Shown piece by piece: positions 38,457 through 48,900 of a stretch of DNA of 64,000 bases. Below the pieces are notes generated by a model. The model was not told the origin of the DNA. It was given only the letters and a program-made list of their open reading frames with translations, and ran no database searches. Both the position numbers and the translations under genes were made by a program. How positions within the stretch are numbered: position 1 is the stretch's first letter; every line of letters begins with the position of its first letter. The stretch comes from Candidatus Multivoradales bacterium. Lineage in GTDB: Bacteria > Acidobacteriota > Thermoanaerobaculia > Multivoradales > Multivoraceae. Location: the NCBI GenBank assembly GCA_965223325.1, contig CBDCWI010000002.1, positions 512,001 to 576,000 on the forward strand. The letters run 5' to 3'.

Positions 38457-39650
38457 TCAGCCGCCGGCGACACGGTCGGCGGACTCATCCGTGTCGTGGT
38501 TCCACGACATGGCGTAGCCGGTGTCCTCCAGGGCGAGGGCGTCACGGGTGAGCTGGAGCGGACGGAAGGTGTCGACCATGACGGCCAGTTCTTCGGTTCC
38601 GGCCTTTCCGATCGAGCCCTCGTAGGTACCCGGATGAGGCCCATGCGGAATGCCGTTGGGGTGCACCGTGAACGATGCCCGTTCGATACCCTTGCGCGAC
38701 ATGAAGTCGCCCTCGACGTAGTAGAGAACCTCGTCACTGTCGACATTCGAATGGTTGTAGGGAGCGGGAATGGCTTCCGGGTGGTAGTCGAACAGGCGCG
38801 GAACGAACGAGCAGATCACGAAACCGGGGCCGTCGAAGGTCTGGTGAACCGGGGGCGGCTGATGGACGCGCCCGGTGATCGGTTCGAAGTCTTCGATGTT
38901 GAAGGCATAGGGCCACAGGTGACCGTCCCAGCCGACGACGTCGAGCGGGTGATGACCGTACTCGTAGCGGGTGATCTGGCCGCGCGCCTTGACTCGCACC
39001 TCGAAGGTTCCTTCTTCGTCGTAGGTCAAGAGTTCCTGCGGGCCGCGGATATCGCGCTCACAGAAGGGTGAGTGCTCGAGGAACTGGCCGTAGCGGTTGA
39101 GGTAGCGCTTGGGCGGCTCGATATGGCCAAACGACTCGATGTGCAACTGGCGTTGCGCCACCCCCTCGTCAGGAAGCAGCCTCCAAATGACACCCGTTGG
39201 GATCACCAGGTAGTCACCCGGGCGATAGTCCAGACGGCCGAACTGGGTCTCGAGAACCCCGGTCCCTTCGTGGATGAAGAGCGTGTCGTCGCCGTGTGCA
39301 AAGCGATACCAGTAGTCCATTGCCGCATCGGGTCGCGACGTGTAGAGAACCACGTCCTGGTTGCCCATCATCGCGACTCGCGAGGAAATCGCATCGCCGC
39401 CGGCCGGCGCTTCTGCGGCACGCAGGTGCCGATGTTTGAGTGCGCCAGCTTCCTCGTACTCGATCGCCACACTCTCCTGCCGGTCGACTTCTCGCACCCT
39501 GGTCGGCGGATGCAGGTGATACAGAATCGATTGGATTCCCGCAAAACCGTGAATGCCCATCACCTCTTCATGGTGCAGAGTGCCGTCGGGCTTTCTGAAC
39601 TGGGTATGACGTTTGTGGGGTACGTTCCCCATGCTCAGGTAGTGGGTCAT
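38457..39650 (-). CDS. hmgA: Homogentisate 1,2-dioxygenase
   Basis: KRHTQFR, HPLDVVGWDG, HQPPPVH, PYNHSNVDSDEVLYY, HGPHPG, AVMVDTF; ATG 39650 with AGGAG RBS. Confidence 0.94.
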   Translation of the reverse strand: MTHYLSMGNVPHKRHTQFRKPDGTLHHEEVMGIHGFAGIQSILYHLHPPTRVREVDRQESVAIEYEEAGALKHRHLRAAEAPAGGDAISSRVAMMGNQDVVLYTSRPDAAMDYWYRFAHGDDTLFIHEGTGVLETQFGRLDYRPGDYLVIPTGVIWRLLPDEGVAQRQLHIESFGHIEPPKRYLNRYGQFLEHSPFCERDIRGPQELLTYDEEGTFEVRVKARGQITRYEYGHHPLDVVGWDGHLWPYAFNIEDFEPITGRVHQPPPVHQTFDGPGFVICSFVPRLFDYHPEAIPAPYNHSNVDSDEVLYYVEGDFMSRKGIERASFTVHPNGIPHGPHPGTYEGSIGKAGTEELAVMVDTFRPLQLTRDALALEDTGYAMSWNHDTDESADRVAGG

Positions 39651-39690
39651 GAACTGTTCTCCTTCTGGAGTCCTGCCATCAAGAGTTCTT

Positions 39691-40791
39691 CTAGAGGTTG
39701 CCGCGCAGAGCCTGGTCGCGCTCGATGCTCTCGAAGAGCGCCTTGAAATTGCCTTCGCCGAAGCCGCGCGCTCCGTGGCGCTCGATGATCTCGTAGAACA
39801 CGGTCGGCCGATCTTCGACCGGGCGGGTGAAGATCTGCAGCAGATAGCCGTCGTCATCGCGGTCGACGAGGATGCCGAGCTCGGCGAGGTCTTCCGTCGG
39901 TTCGTCGATCTTCCCGACCCGCTCTTCGAGGTCGTCGTAGTAGGTGGTCGGAACGTAGAGAAACTCAACGCCGCGCTCGCGCATAGCGCGTACCGTCTTG
40001 ATGATGTCGTCGGTCTGGCAGGCGATGTGCTGCACGCCCGGGCCATCGTAGTAGTCGAGAAACTCTTCGATCTGCGACTTGTTGCGACCCTCGGCAGGCT
40101 CGTTGATCGGAAACTTGATCTTGCCGCTACCGTCCTGCATCACCTTCGACATCAACGCCGAGTACTCGGTCGAGATCGCCTCGTCGTCGAAGTGTGCGAG
40201 CTGCGAGAAACCGAGGCAGTTGGCGAAGAAGTCCACCCAGGCGTTCATCTTGCCGAGCTCGACGTTGCCGACCATGTGATCGATGGTGTGCAGGCCGACA
40301 CCGTTGCCGTTCTCGGTCGCACGCGGTACGAAGCCCGGCGCGAAGACGCCTTTGTACTCGCCCCGCTCGATGAACTTGATCAAGGTATCGCCGTAGGTCT
40401 TGATCGCCGACCAGCAGAGGGTCCCGTGCTCGTCGCTGTCCTCGGTCGTCTCCTGTGCCGACTCGGCGCCACGATCGGTTGCCTGTTCCCAGGAGTGCTG
40501 GGCCGAGTCGACTTCGAGCGCGATGACCTTGACGCCGTCGCCGTGGCGGGCCACGTGACGGGTGATCTCGTGGTCGGGCGAGAGCGCGGTACTCAAGACG
40601 AGGCGCACATCGCCTTGTTGCATCAGATACGAAGCGACCTCTCGCGACCCGGTTTCGAGCCCGCTATAGGCGGCCTCGGTGAAGCCGAAGCTGTGTTGGT
40701 AATACACCGACGCCTGCTTGGCGTTACCGACATAGAACTCGACGTGGTCGAAGCGCTTGATGGGAAGAAAGTCGGAATGGGATTCAGTCAT
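39691..40791 (-). CDS. hppD: 4-hydroxyphenylpyruvate dioxygenase
   Basis: DHMVGNV, GPGVQHIA, LLQIFT, FYEIIER, GFGEGNFKALFESIE. Confidence 0.95.
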   Translation of the reverse strand: MTESHSDFLPIKRFDHVEFYVGNAKQASVYYQHSFGFTEAAYSGLETGSREVASYLMQQGDVRLVLSTALSPDHEITRHVARHGDGVKVIALEVDSAQHSWEQATDRGAESAQETTEDSDEHGTLCWSAIKTYGDTLIKFIERGEYKGVFAPGFVPRATENGNGVGLHTIDHMVGNVELGKMNAWVDFFANCLGFSQLAHFDDEAISTEYSALMSKVMQDGSGKIKFPINEPAEGRNKSQIEEFLDYYDGPGVQHIACQTDDIIKTVRAMRERGVEFLYVPTTYYDDLEERVGKIDEPTEDLAELGILVDRDDDGYLLQIFTRPVEDRPTVFYEIIERHGARGFGEGNFKALFESIERDQALRGNL

Positions 40792-40842
40792 GGAAGAGAC
40801 TCCGGGATTCAGATGGAGTTGGAGCAGTTCTTGTCGAGGAGA

Positions 40843-42123
40843 TCAGTGGGTTTCCAGCTCAGCTTCGACCAGGCGGCCGAGGCGTCGCACGGCGTCTTCG
40901 AGCGCCGCCGGTTCGAGGGTCGAGAAGGAGAGGCGCATCGAGCTTTCGCCAACGCCTGGCCGTGCCGCAAAGGCGTGGCCCGGAATGAACGCGATGCCTT
41001 CGTCTTCGATCGCCTTCTCCACCAGCCGGGCCGACGACATGCAACCGCCACTAACAGTCGGCGGTAGGTCGACCCAGACGAACATGCCAGCCGTTGGCCT
41101 CGACCACACGGTGCCGGCCGGCATGTATCTCTCGAGTGCCGCGAGCATCGCGTCGCGGCGGCCGCGATAGTTCGAACGCAGCATCTCGAGCCGTTGCGAA
41201 AGCGGATGACAGTCGAGCAGGCGGCTCACTGCGCGCTGGGTCAAAGCCGAGCATTCGAGATCGACACCTTCTTTGGCGATCGACAGGCGCTCGGCGAAGC
41301 GATCGGGAACGATCATCCAACCGAGCCGCAAGGCGGGCGCGAGAATCTTCGAGAACGAGCCGAGGTAGAAGGTGTTCTCTGGATCGATGCTTTTTAGCGC
41401 CGGCGCCGCCGGGCCGTCGTAGGTCAAGAGACCGTAGGGATCGTCTTCGACAATCAAAACACCGTGCGCCCGACAGAGCTCAGCGATCGGCTGCCGACGA
41501 TCGGCAGCCAGGCTGACCCCGAGCGGGTTGTGCCCTTCAGGAATCACGTAGAGGAAACGTGGCGCGCGCCCCGTGCCGTCTTTTCTTCCCAGAGCCTGAT
41601 CGAGTGCCGCAACCGAAAGGCCCTGATCGAGATCGGTGGCAACGGTCCGCCGCAGCGCAGCGCGCGGAGCGAGCGCTTGCAGGATGCCGGTGTAGGTCAG
41701 CTCCTCTGTGACCACCGCGTCGCCCTCGTCGACGAGCGCCAGAGCGAGAAGGGCGATTCCCTGCTGGGCACCGGTGGTCAAGAGAATCTGTTCGGGCCGG
41801 CATTCGACGCCGCGCAGCGCCATCACCTCGACGATGTGAGCCAGTAGCTGCGGGTGCACCGGACCGTACTGCAGGGCGCGCCGGTCTTCGGTGAGCACCC
41901 CGGCGAATGCTTCGGCGAGTTCCGCTCCCGGAAACAAGTCGGCTGCCGGCAGGCCACCAGCCATCGACACCACCCCGGGCCGCGACACCAGCGACACCAT
42001 CGACCGCAGGATCGAGCGCTCCTGGGCAAGTAGCCAGGTCGCGAGCTCGGTCTCGGGACGCTCCATCTGTGGAGGGGTCGCGGTCAGAGTGGCGCGCGCT
42101 GTGTCGTTGCCGTGGGTTGTCAC
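40843..42123 (-). CDS. PLP-dependent class I aminotransferase (probable aromatic amino acid transaminase)
   Basis: SMAGGLPA, TGAQQG, HNPLG, EDDPY, GSFSKILAPALRLGW. Start uncertain (GTG 42123 or ATG 42066). Confidence 0.88.
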   Translation of the reverse strand: MTTHGNDTARATLTATPPQMERPETELATWLLAQERSILRSMVSLVSRPGVVSMAGGLPAADLFPGAELAEAFAGVLTEDRRALQYGPVHPQLLAHIVEVMALRGVECRPEQILLTTGAQQGIALLALALVDEGDAVVTEELTYTGILQALAPRAALRRTVATDLDQGLSVAALDQALGRKDGTGRAPRFLYVIPEGHNPLGVSLAADRRQPIAELCRAHGVLIVEDDPYGLLTYDGPAAPALKSIDPENTFYLGSFSKILAPALRLGWMIVPDRFAERLSIAKEGVDLECSALTQRAVSRLLDCHPLSQRLEMLRSNYRGRRDAMLAALERYMPAGTVWSRPTAGMFVWVDLPPTVSGGCMSSARLVEKAIEDEGIAFIPGHAFAARPGVGESSMRLSFSTLEPAALEDAVRRLGRLVEAELETH

Positions 42124-42296
42124 CGGGAAGGTCCTGGGGCGCAAGAAGCGCTGCTGGGGAGGCGATGGACGAAGGGAAAGAGATCCGAAGTGGACAGGCT
42201 GGAGTATAATCGCAACCGCTCGAGCTTTCAAGGTATCTTTTCGCTACTCTCTTCTCGAATCTCGAGTACAAACAGACCTCGACCGAGGCCGCGCAT

Positions 42297-42845
42297 ATGG
42301 TCCAGACCGCCCCCCAGTCCCCTCCCCGATCGATCCGCGAGCCGAAGCCGCCGCGTCGTCGTCTCGACGCTCTCGACCTCGAGATCCTCGACATCCTCCA
42401 GCACGACTCGAGCGTCAGTGCCGCTGAGGTTGCACGACGGGTCGAGCTCTCTCCCGCAGGCCTCCAGAAGCGCATCAAGAAACTCAGCGAGTCGGGAGTC
42501 ATCCGCCGCGAGGTCGCACTGCTCGGGCGCGAGGAGCTCGGCCTCGACCTTCTGTGCTTTGTCCAGGTCGGCCTGGCTCACCACCAACCCGACGCGGTGA
42601 CCGGCTTCCGCCGGGCGGTCGGCACCCTCCCGGCGGTGCTCGAATGCCACCACCTGACCGGTGAATTCGACTACATGCTCAAGATCGTCGCCGCCAACCA
42701 TCGCTCACTGGAGCGCTTTCTGGTCGAGAAGCTCACCCAGATCCCTGGCGTCGACAAAGTGCGAACCTCGATCGTGCTCTCCGAGGTCAAGTCCTCCACC
42801 GCCCTGCCCATGGACGCGGCGCCGCTCGCCAACCACCGGGAGTAG
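42297..42845 (+). CDS. Lrp/AsnC family regulator, divergent from the Phe/Tyr catabolic operon
   Basis: LDALDLEILDILQ HTH, ECHHLTGEFDY, VRTSIVL. Confidence 0.93.
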   Translation: MVQTAPQSPPRSIREPKPPRRRLDALDLEILDILQHDSSVSAAEVARRVELSPAGLQKRIKKLSESGVIRREVALLGREELGLDLLCFVQVGLAHHQPDAVTGFRRAVGTLPAVLECHHLTGEFDYMLKIVAANHRSLERFLVEKLTQIPGVDKVRTSIVLSEVKSSTALPMDAAPLANHRE

Positions 42846-42917
42846 CCGAACAGGGATGAGCGCCGAAGCGTCCGCTGAGTTGCCCTGGAGCCTCGGATAC
42901 AACCCATAGAGGGTTAC

Positions 42918-42946
42918 ATTGACTTATTGACTATTATTGATATCCT
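42918..42946 (+). promoter_or_regulatory. Candidate sigma70 promoter with repeated ATTGAY motifs, upstream of the giant gene
   Basis: TTGACT (42919)-16 nt-TATCCT (42941) in an AT-rich patch; ATTGAC/ATTGAC/ATTGAT at 42918, 42926, 42936. Confidence 0.45.
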
Positions 42947-42990
42947 TGTTTTCGCCGAAATCTCTTTTTTCGGCGCAAGAGAGGATGTCC

Positions 42991-45900
42991 ATGCTCGTCT
43001 ACCCTGCCCAAGTCCAACCTCGACTCTCCCGCGCCGCCGCCGCTCTGCCGCTTGCGCCCCTCGTGCTCCTGACCGCTCTGCTCCTTGCGAGTCCGGCCGC
43101 AGCTCAGCTCACTCTCCCCCACACCGAGGGTTTCGAGAGCGCCAACTCGGCGACCTACACGACAGCTCAGAATCCCGTCCCCGGTCTCACCGGGGTCGAG
43201 TTCAAGAAGACCAACAACGCCCGCCTGCGCACCGCTTATACCAGCGGCATCCGCACGGGCAGCCGCTCGATCACCATGGACAGCTCGAGCGGCTACTCAC
43301 GTGGCGACGTGATCGTCAAGCTCGACCTCTCGAACTACACCGGCGGCTGTTCGAGCGTCTCGATCGACTTCTGGTTCCGCGAGTACGCCGACGAGCCCCA
43401 CAGCACGCAGAGCGCCGGCACCAGCAACCCACCACTGGTCGGAGAAACGACCACCACTCCGGCTGACGCCAACGACTGGGTCTACATCCGCGGCTCGAAC
43501 ACAGACGATTGGGTCCTGGCCTACAACTGGGGCGCCTCGGCATCGTCGACTTTCCAGAAAGTCACTCTCAACGTCGGAACGCTTCTGAGCGGTGCATCAC
43601 CGGCACAGAGCATCTCGAGCACCACCGAGCTCATGTTCCGCTGGTACGACAACTCCGGCGTCACCGGCGATGGTGTCGCCTTCGACGACATTACGGTCAC
43701 CGAAACCAACACCTGTAGCACGCTCTCTGGCCGCGTTGGCATCGACGGCAAGTCGGGCGGCTTCGGCGTGCTCGGTTCATCCGATGCCGAGTTCCCGGCC
43801 TCCGTTCAGCTCGAGCTCCAGGACGGCGTCTGCGCCCCTGCGGTCAACTGCCCGACGACGACCACCAACAGCAGTGGTGCCTATAGCTTTCCCAACCTTC
43901 TGACCGGCACCTACACCATCGACGTTCGTGACACCGACATTCCTCTCGGCTTCGTTCTCGAGCCTGGCACGACCTCGGTCGGCGCCACCGCTGAGCCCAT
44001 GACGTCCATCTCGGTCACCAATCCGACCAACAAGACGATGAACTTCGCCTACGTGCCGACCGCGCCATCCTTGCCCTTGAAGGAAGGCTTCGAGGGCGCC
44101 GGCAATGACACCTATACGGCCTTCACCAATCGGCTGGCTGGCCTCTCGAACGTCTACTTCGGCGACGAAGACGGCACCTCAGTCGGCCGACTGCGCACCG
44201 CGGTCGGTTCGGCCTTCTACCACGGTGGCGATAACGCCGCGACCGTCGACACCACGACCGGGTCAATTGCCGACACCGAGGTCATTCTCTCCTACGACCT
44301 CTCGGCCTTCGACACCGCGACCGACACGGTGATGCTCGAGTTCTGGTGGATGGACCACGCCGACGAGAACAACTGGCCCGAGTTCGTCTCGTTCCGCGCC
44401 TCGTCGAACGCCAACTGGTCGCAGATCTACGATCGGGGCGTGAACTCTCAGGACACCTCCCCTCCAGCCAACATCGCGCCCAACGACGGTATCTGGCAGC
44501 AGGTCACCGTCGACCTGACGGCCAACCACCTCTCGCCGGTCTCGGGGGCACCAAGCAACTTCACCAAGTCATTCCAACTGCGTTTCCACCAGCGGGACAA
44601 CGCACAGACCACCTCGACCACTGGCGGCGACGGCGTCACCTGGGACGACATCTGCATCTACCTGCAGGGAGGCGCCGACTGCTCGGGTTCTGAGATTGGC
44701 AACCGCATTTGGAACGATCTCGACGGCGATGCAGTCGACGATCCGGGGGAACCTGGCATTCCGGGCCTCACCGTCACCCTGCGTGACGACGCCGGCAACC
44801 AACTCGATCAGACCACGACCGACGCCCAGGGCGCCTACAGCTTCATCACCTCGTTGACCGGCACCTTCAGAGTCGTCATCACCCCTCCGGCGGGTGCCAA
44901 CAACACTTCCGATCCCGACGGTGGCATCTGCACCAGCCAGCAGCAGCTCGGCGTTTGCGACCACGAAACCACTCTCACCATTGCCGCTCCCGGCGAGGTC
45001 CACACCGATCGCGACTTCGGCTATCTGTTCACCGGTTCGATCGCCGGTACGGTGCTCGACGATCGAGACGGCGACACGGTGGCCGATCCCGGCGAAGGCG
45101 GAATCGCCGGCCTGACCGTCGAACTGCGCCAGGGAGCGGTCGTCCATCAGGTCACCACCACCGATGCCAACGGCGACTACTCCTTCGTCAGTGTCGGCCC
45201 GGCGACCTGGACCACCGTCATCACCACCGCTCCGGCTGGCGCTACGCCAACCTTCGACCCCGACGACGCCAGCGCTCCGGTTTCGACCGCCCACCAGTCG
45301 GTCTACACCCTGCCGTTCGGCCAACAGAAGTCGGCGTACGATTTCGGCTACCAGTATCAGGGCTCGATCTCGGGTCGCCTTTGGGACGACCAGGACGCCA
45401 ACCAGGTCCAGAACGGCGCCGAGCCCGGAATCGTCGGTGCAACGTTGACGTTGAAGAACGGTGCTGACACCCACCTCATCGTCACCACCGATGCCAACGG
45501 CGACTACTCGTTCACGGCGATTCCAGGCGCAACCTGGGATGTGATCGTCACCCGCCCCCCTGGAGGTCTGGCAACCTTCGATCCCGACGCGACTCTCGAC
45601 AACCAGACGCAGATCGTCCTGGCAGCTGGCGGCACGTCGACCGCACAGAACTTCGGTTACGACATCGCACCGGCGATTGGCGGTCGGGTCTGGAACGACA
45701 CCAACCAGAACGGCATCGTCGATAGTGGCGAAGCCGGCTATGACGGAATCGACCTCGAACTGCGCGACGGCACCTGCACGCCCGGCACCAACTGCCCGGT
45801 CGAAACCACCGCCGGCGGAGGCTTCTACGAGTTCCGCGGCCTCTCCGCCGGGATCGCGTACGTCATTCTCATCGACGAGTGCACGCTACCGATCTCGGGT

Positions 45901-48900
45901 GTTCTCACCACCAGCAACGTGCCCTACAACAGGACCCTGGCAGCCAACGAGATCGTGGGTGACGCGAACTTCGGCTATCGCGCCCAGACCCTGCCGGTCG
46001 TCGAGGGCTTCGAAGGGGCTCTCGATCGGCAGGCGCAGTACACCGCCAACAGCTGTGTGCGCGGCGCACCGGGCTTCGACTTCGCTCACGACAATGTCGG
46101 CCGCCTCCGTCTACAGGCCGGCGAAGACTTCAACACCAGTCATCCGGAAGCCTGGAAGCGGGCACGCTACTACTATCGCAACGGGCTCGCCTCGGCGCTT
46201 CTCGATACCGCCACTGGCGGCCAGGTGTCACAGAACGACTTGACCCTGTCGCTCGACCTCTCCGACCTGGCGCTCGCCTCGGACGAGCTCCTCCTCGACT
46301 ACAGCGTCTTCGATCACAGCGACGAAGGAGCGGCCGGCGATAAGGTCGAGATGCGCGTCGGCACGATGGCCGCCGGTCTGTGGGTGGAAGTCGAAGACTG
46401 GGGCGCGGCTGACCGTAACGAAGTCTGGACTGACGTTGCGAACCTGAACCTCTCGCAGGTTCTGCGTGACTACAACACCGCCAACGGAACCTCCCACGAT
46501 TTCGACTCCGGCTTCCAGGTCCGCTGGCGTCAGGTCGACAACAACCCGGCGACCCAGCCCTCGTGGAGTGACGGGTTGTCGGTCGACGACATCTGGCTGC
46601 GCCTGGGTACAGGCACGGCCCACCTGGGGGGCCAGGTCTGGAAGGATCTCGACAACGACGTCACGCTCGACCCCGGCGAAGGCGCGCCGTGCCTCCTGGT
46701 CGAGCTCTATGACGACACCAACGGTAACGGAGTCCTCGACGGCGTCGAGGGGAACACCGTCCTGCGAACGAGTACCGCGGCCGCCGACGGCTCCTACGAG
46801 TTTCCGGCTCTCGCCGCCGGCGACTACCTGGTCGACATCAACTCCGACTATCTGCCCCACCAGACGAATGTAGTCGGTGCACCCTTTGCTACGACCTTGA
46901 GCGCCGGTCAGCAGGTGACCGCCAGCAACATCGAGCTTTCGGGCCGCGTTGTCCTGCCCTACTCACAGGGCTTCGAAGACGCCACGGATCGGGTCTACTT
47001 CGGCGACACGGATTGCCTCAACGGTCTGCCCGACTTTTCGTTCAGCGAGCCCGACACGCCGACTACGGTCGGCTACGGGCGCGTCAACTTCATTCACTCC
47101 GCTGCCCACGTCAAGACCGGCAACCGCGCCGCAACCCTCGACGGCGGCCCGTTCTCGAGCCTCGACGACGAGGAAGAGCTCATCCTCACCCTCGACATGA
47201 GCAACTACGACATCACCATGCCGGTCACCCTGGACTTCCAGATGATGCCGCACTCGCCGTTCGGCTCATCGTTCATGCAGGAGGCCAAGGTCTTCATCCG
47301 CGGCTCGAAGAGCGACGCCTGGCTCGAGCTCTACGACCTCGAGAACACCCGCACCACAAACGATCAGGGCACCTACAAGCTCTACAGCGCCCTCGACCTG
47401 TCCGACACGCTGTGTACGGGCGCAGGCGCTTCGTCGCCCTGCAACTCTTCCTCCCCGGTGCAAGACTTCAGCAGTTCCTTCCAGATCAAGTGGTGGGGCT
47501 CGCAGGATCTCCATGCCGAGGTGACCTACAACGATCGCCAGGGCGGCTACTCCATCGATGACATCACGATCAATGGTCCTGGCGCCTCAGTCATCGGCGA
47601 CATGATCTACAACGATCTCGACGGCGATTCCACCCGCGATGCCGGCGAGCCGGGTATCCCGGGCCTTTCGGTGCTGGTCAAAGATTCGAACGGCGACATC
47701 GCCGCCACCGACACGACCGCTGCCAACGGCTCATACCAGCTGTCGGTGTCGGGGCTTGGCAACCACACGATCGAAGTCACTCCACCAGCCGGAGCGACCC
47801 CCACCGAAGATCCCGACGGCACGGGCACGCCGAACAAGTCGGTCTACAACGTGCCCTTCCAGGGCTCCTTCACCGACGCGCAGGACTTCGGCTACCAATT
47901 CAGCGGCTCGATCGCCGGCAAAGTCTTCCAGGACGCCAACGGTAACGGCACGCAGAACGGCGTCGAGCCCGACTGGAGCGGTCTTACGGTGGAGCTTCGC
48001 CAGGGCGCTACGACCTATTTCACCACCACTACCAACGGTTCGGGAGCCTACTCCTTTACCGGCCTCAGTCCTGCTACCTGGACGGTGGTCGTTACTCGAC
48101 CTACCGGCACGATTCCAACCGTCGATCCCGATGGCATAGCGACCCCCGACGCCTACGACGTCGCACTCGCCGCATCACAGGCGGTAAGTGGCGCCACCCT
48201 CGGCTATCGCTACAACGGTTCGATCGGCGGCTACCTGTGGAGTGACGACAACCTGGACGGCGTCCAGGATCCCGGTGAGGACCCGCTCGTCGGCCTCGAA
48301 GTCGAGCTCCAGGACGGCGCCAGCAACCCGATCGGGGTCGCCCAGACCTCGGCCACCGGGGCCTACCTCTTCGAGCACCTACCGCCCAACGGCTACATCC
48401 TCCTCGTCGCCCCGCCGCCCGGCTTCCTGCCGACCTGGGACCGCGACGGGTCGCCCGACAACACGACGGCAGTGGCGCTCGGCGCCGGTCAGACTGTTCA
48501 GGACGCCGACTTCGGCTACCAGACGCCGGAACTGGTCGGTACCGTTTACCACGACGTCGATGGCAACGGCTCGTTTGGCGCCGGTGACGTGACTCTCGCC
48601 AACGTCGACCTGACCCTCCTCGGGCCGGGCTGCAACCCTTGCAGCGCGACAACCGACGGTTCAGGCGACTACCGTTTCGCCGGCATCGCGCCGTCGAACT
48701 ACTCGCTCAATGTCGACCTCGACACTGTTGTCCTGTCGGGCCAGCCGAAACCGAAGAACCCGGGCGCCCTGCCGGCCACCATAACGCTCGCTCCGGGTAG
48801 CAACACCCAGAATGTTGGCTTCGAGGCCGAGGACCTCCCCGGTGTGACATGCACCACCGACAACGACTACTACTACGACTTCACCGGCATCCAGAACATG

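Noticed and set aside
39649-41067. 472-aa plus-strand ORF
   Set aside because: Antisense shadow of hppD.
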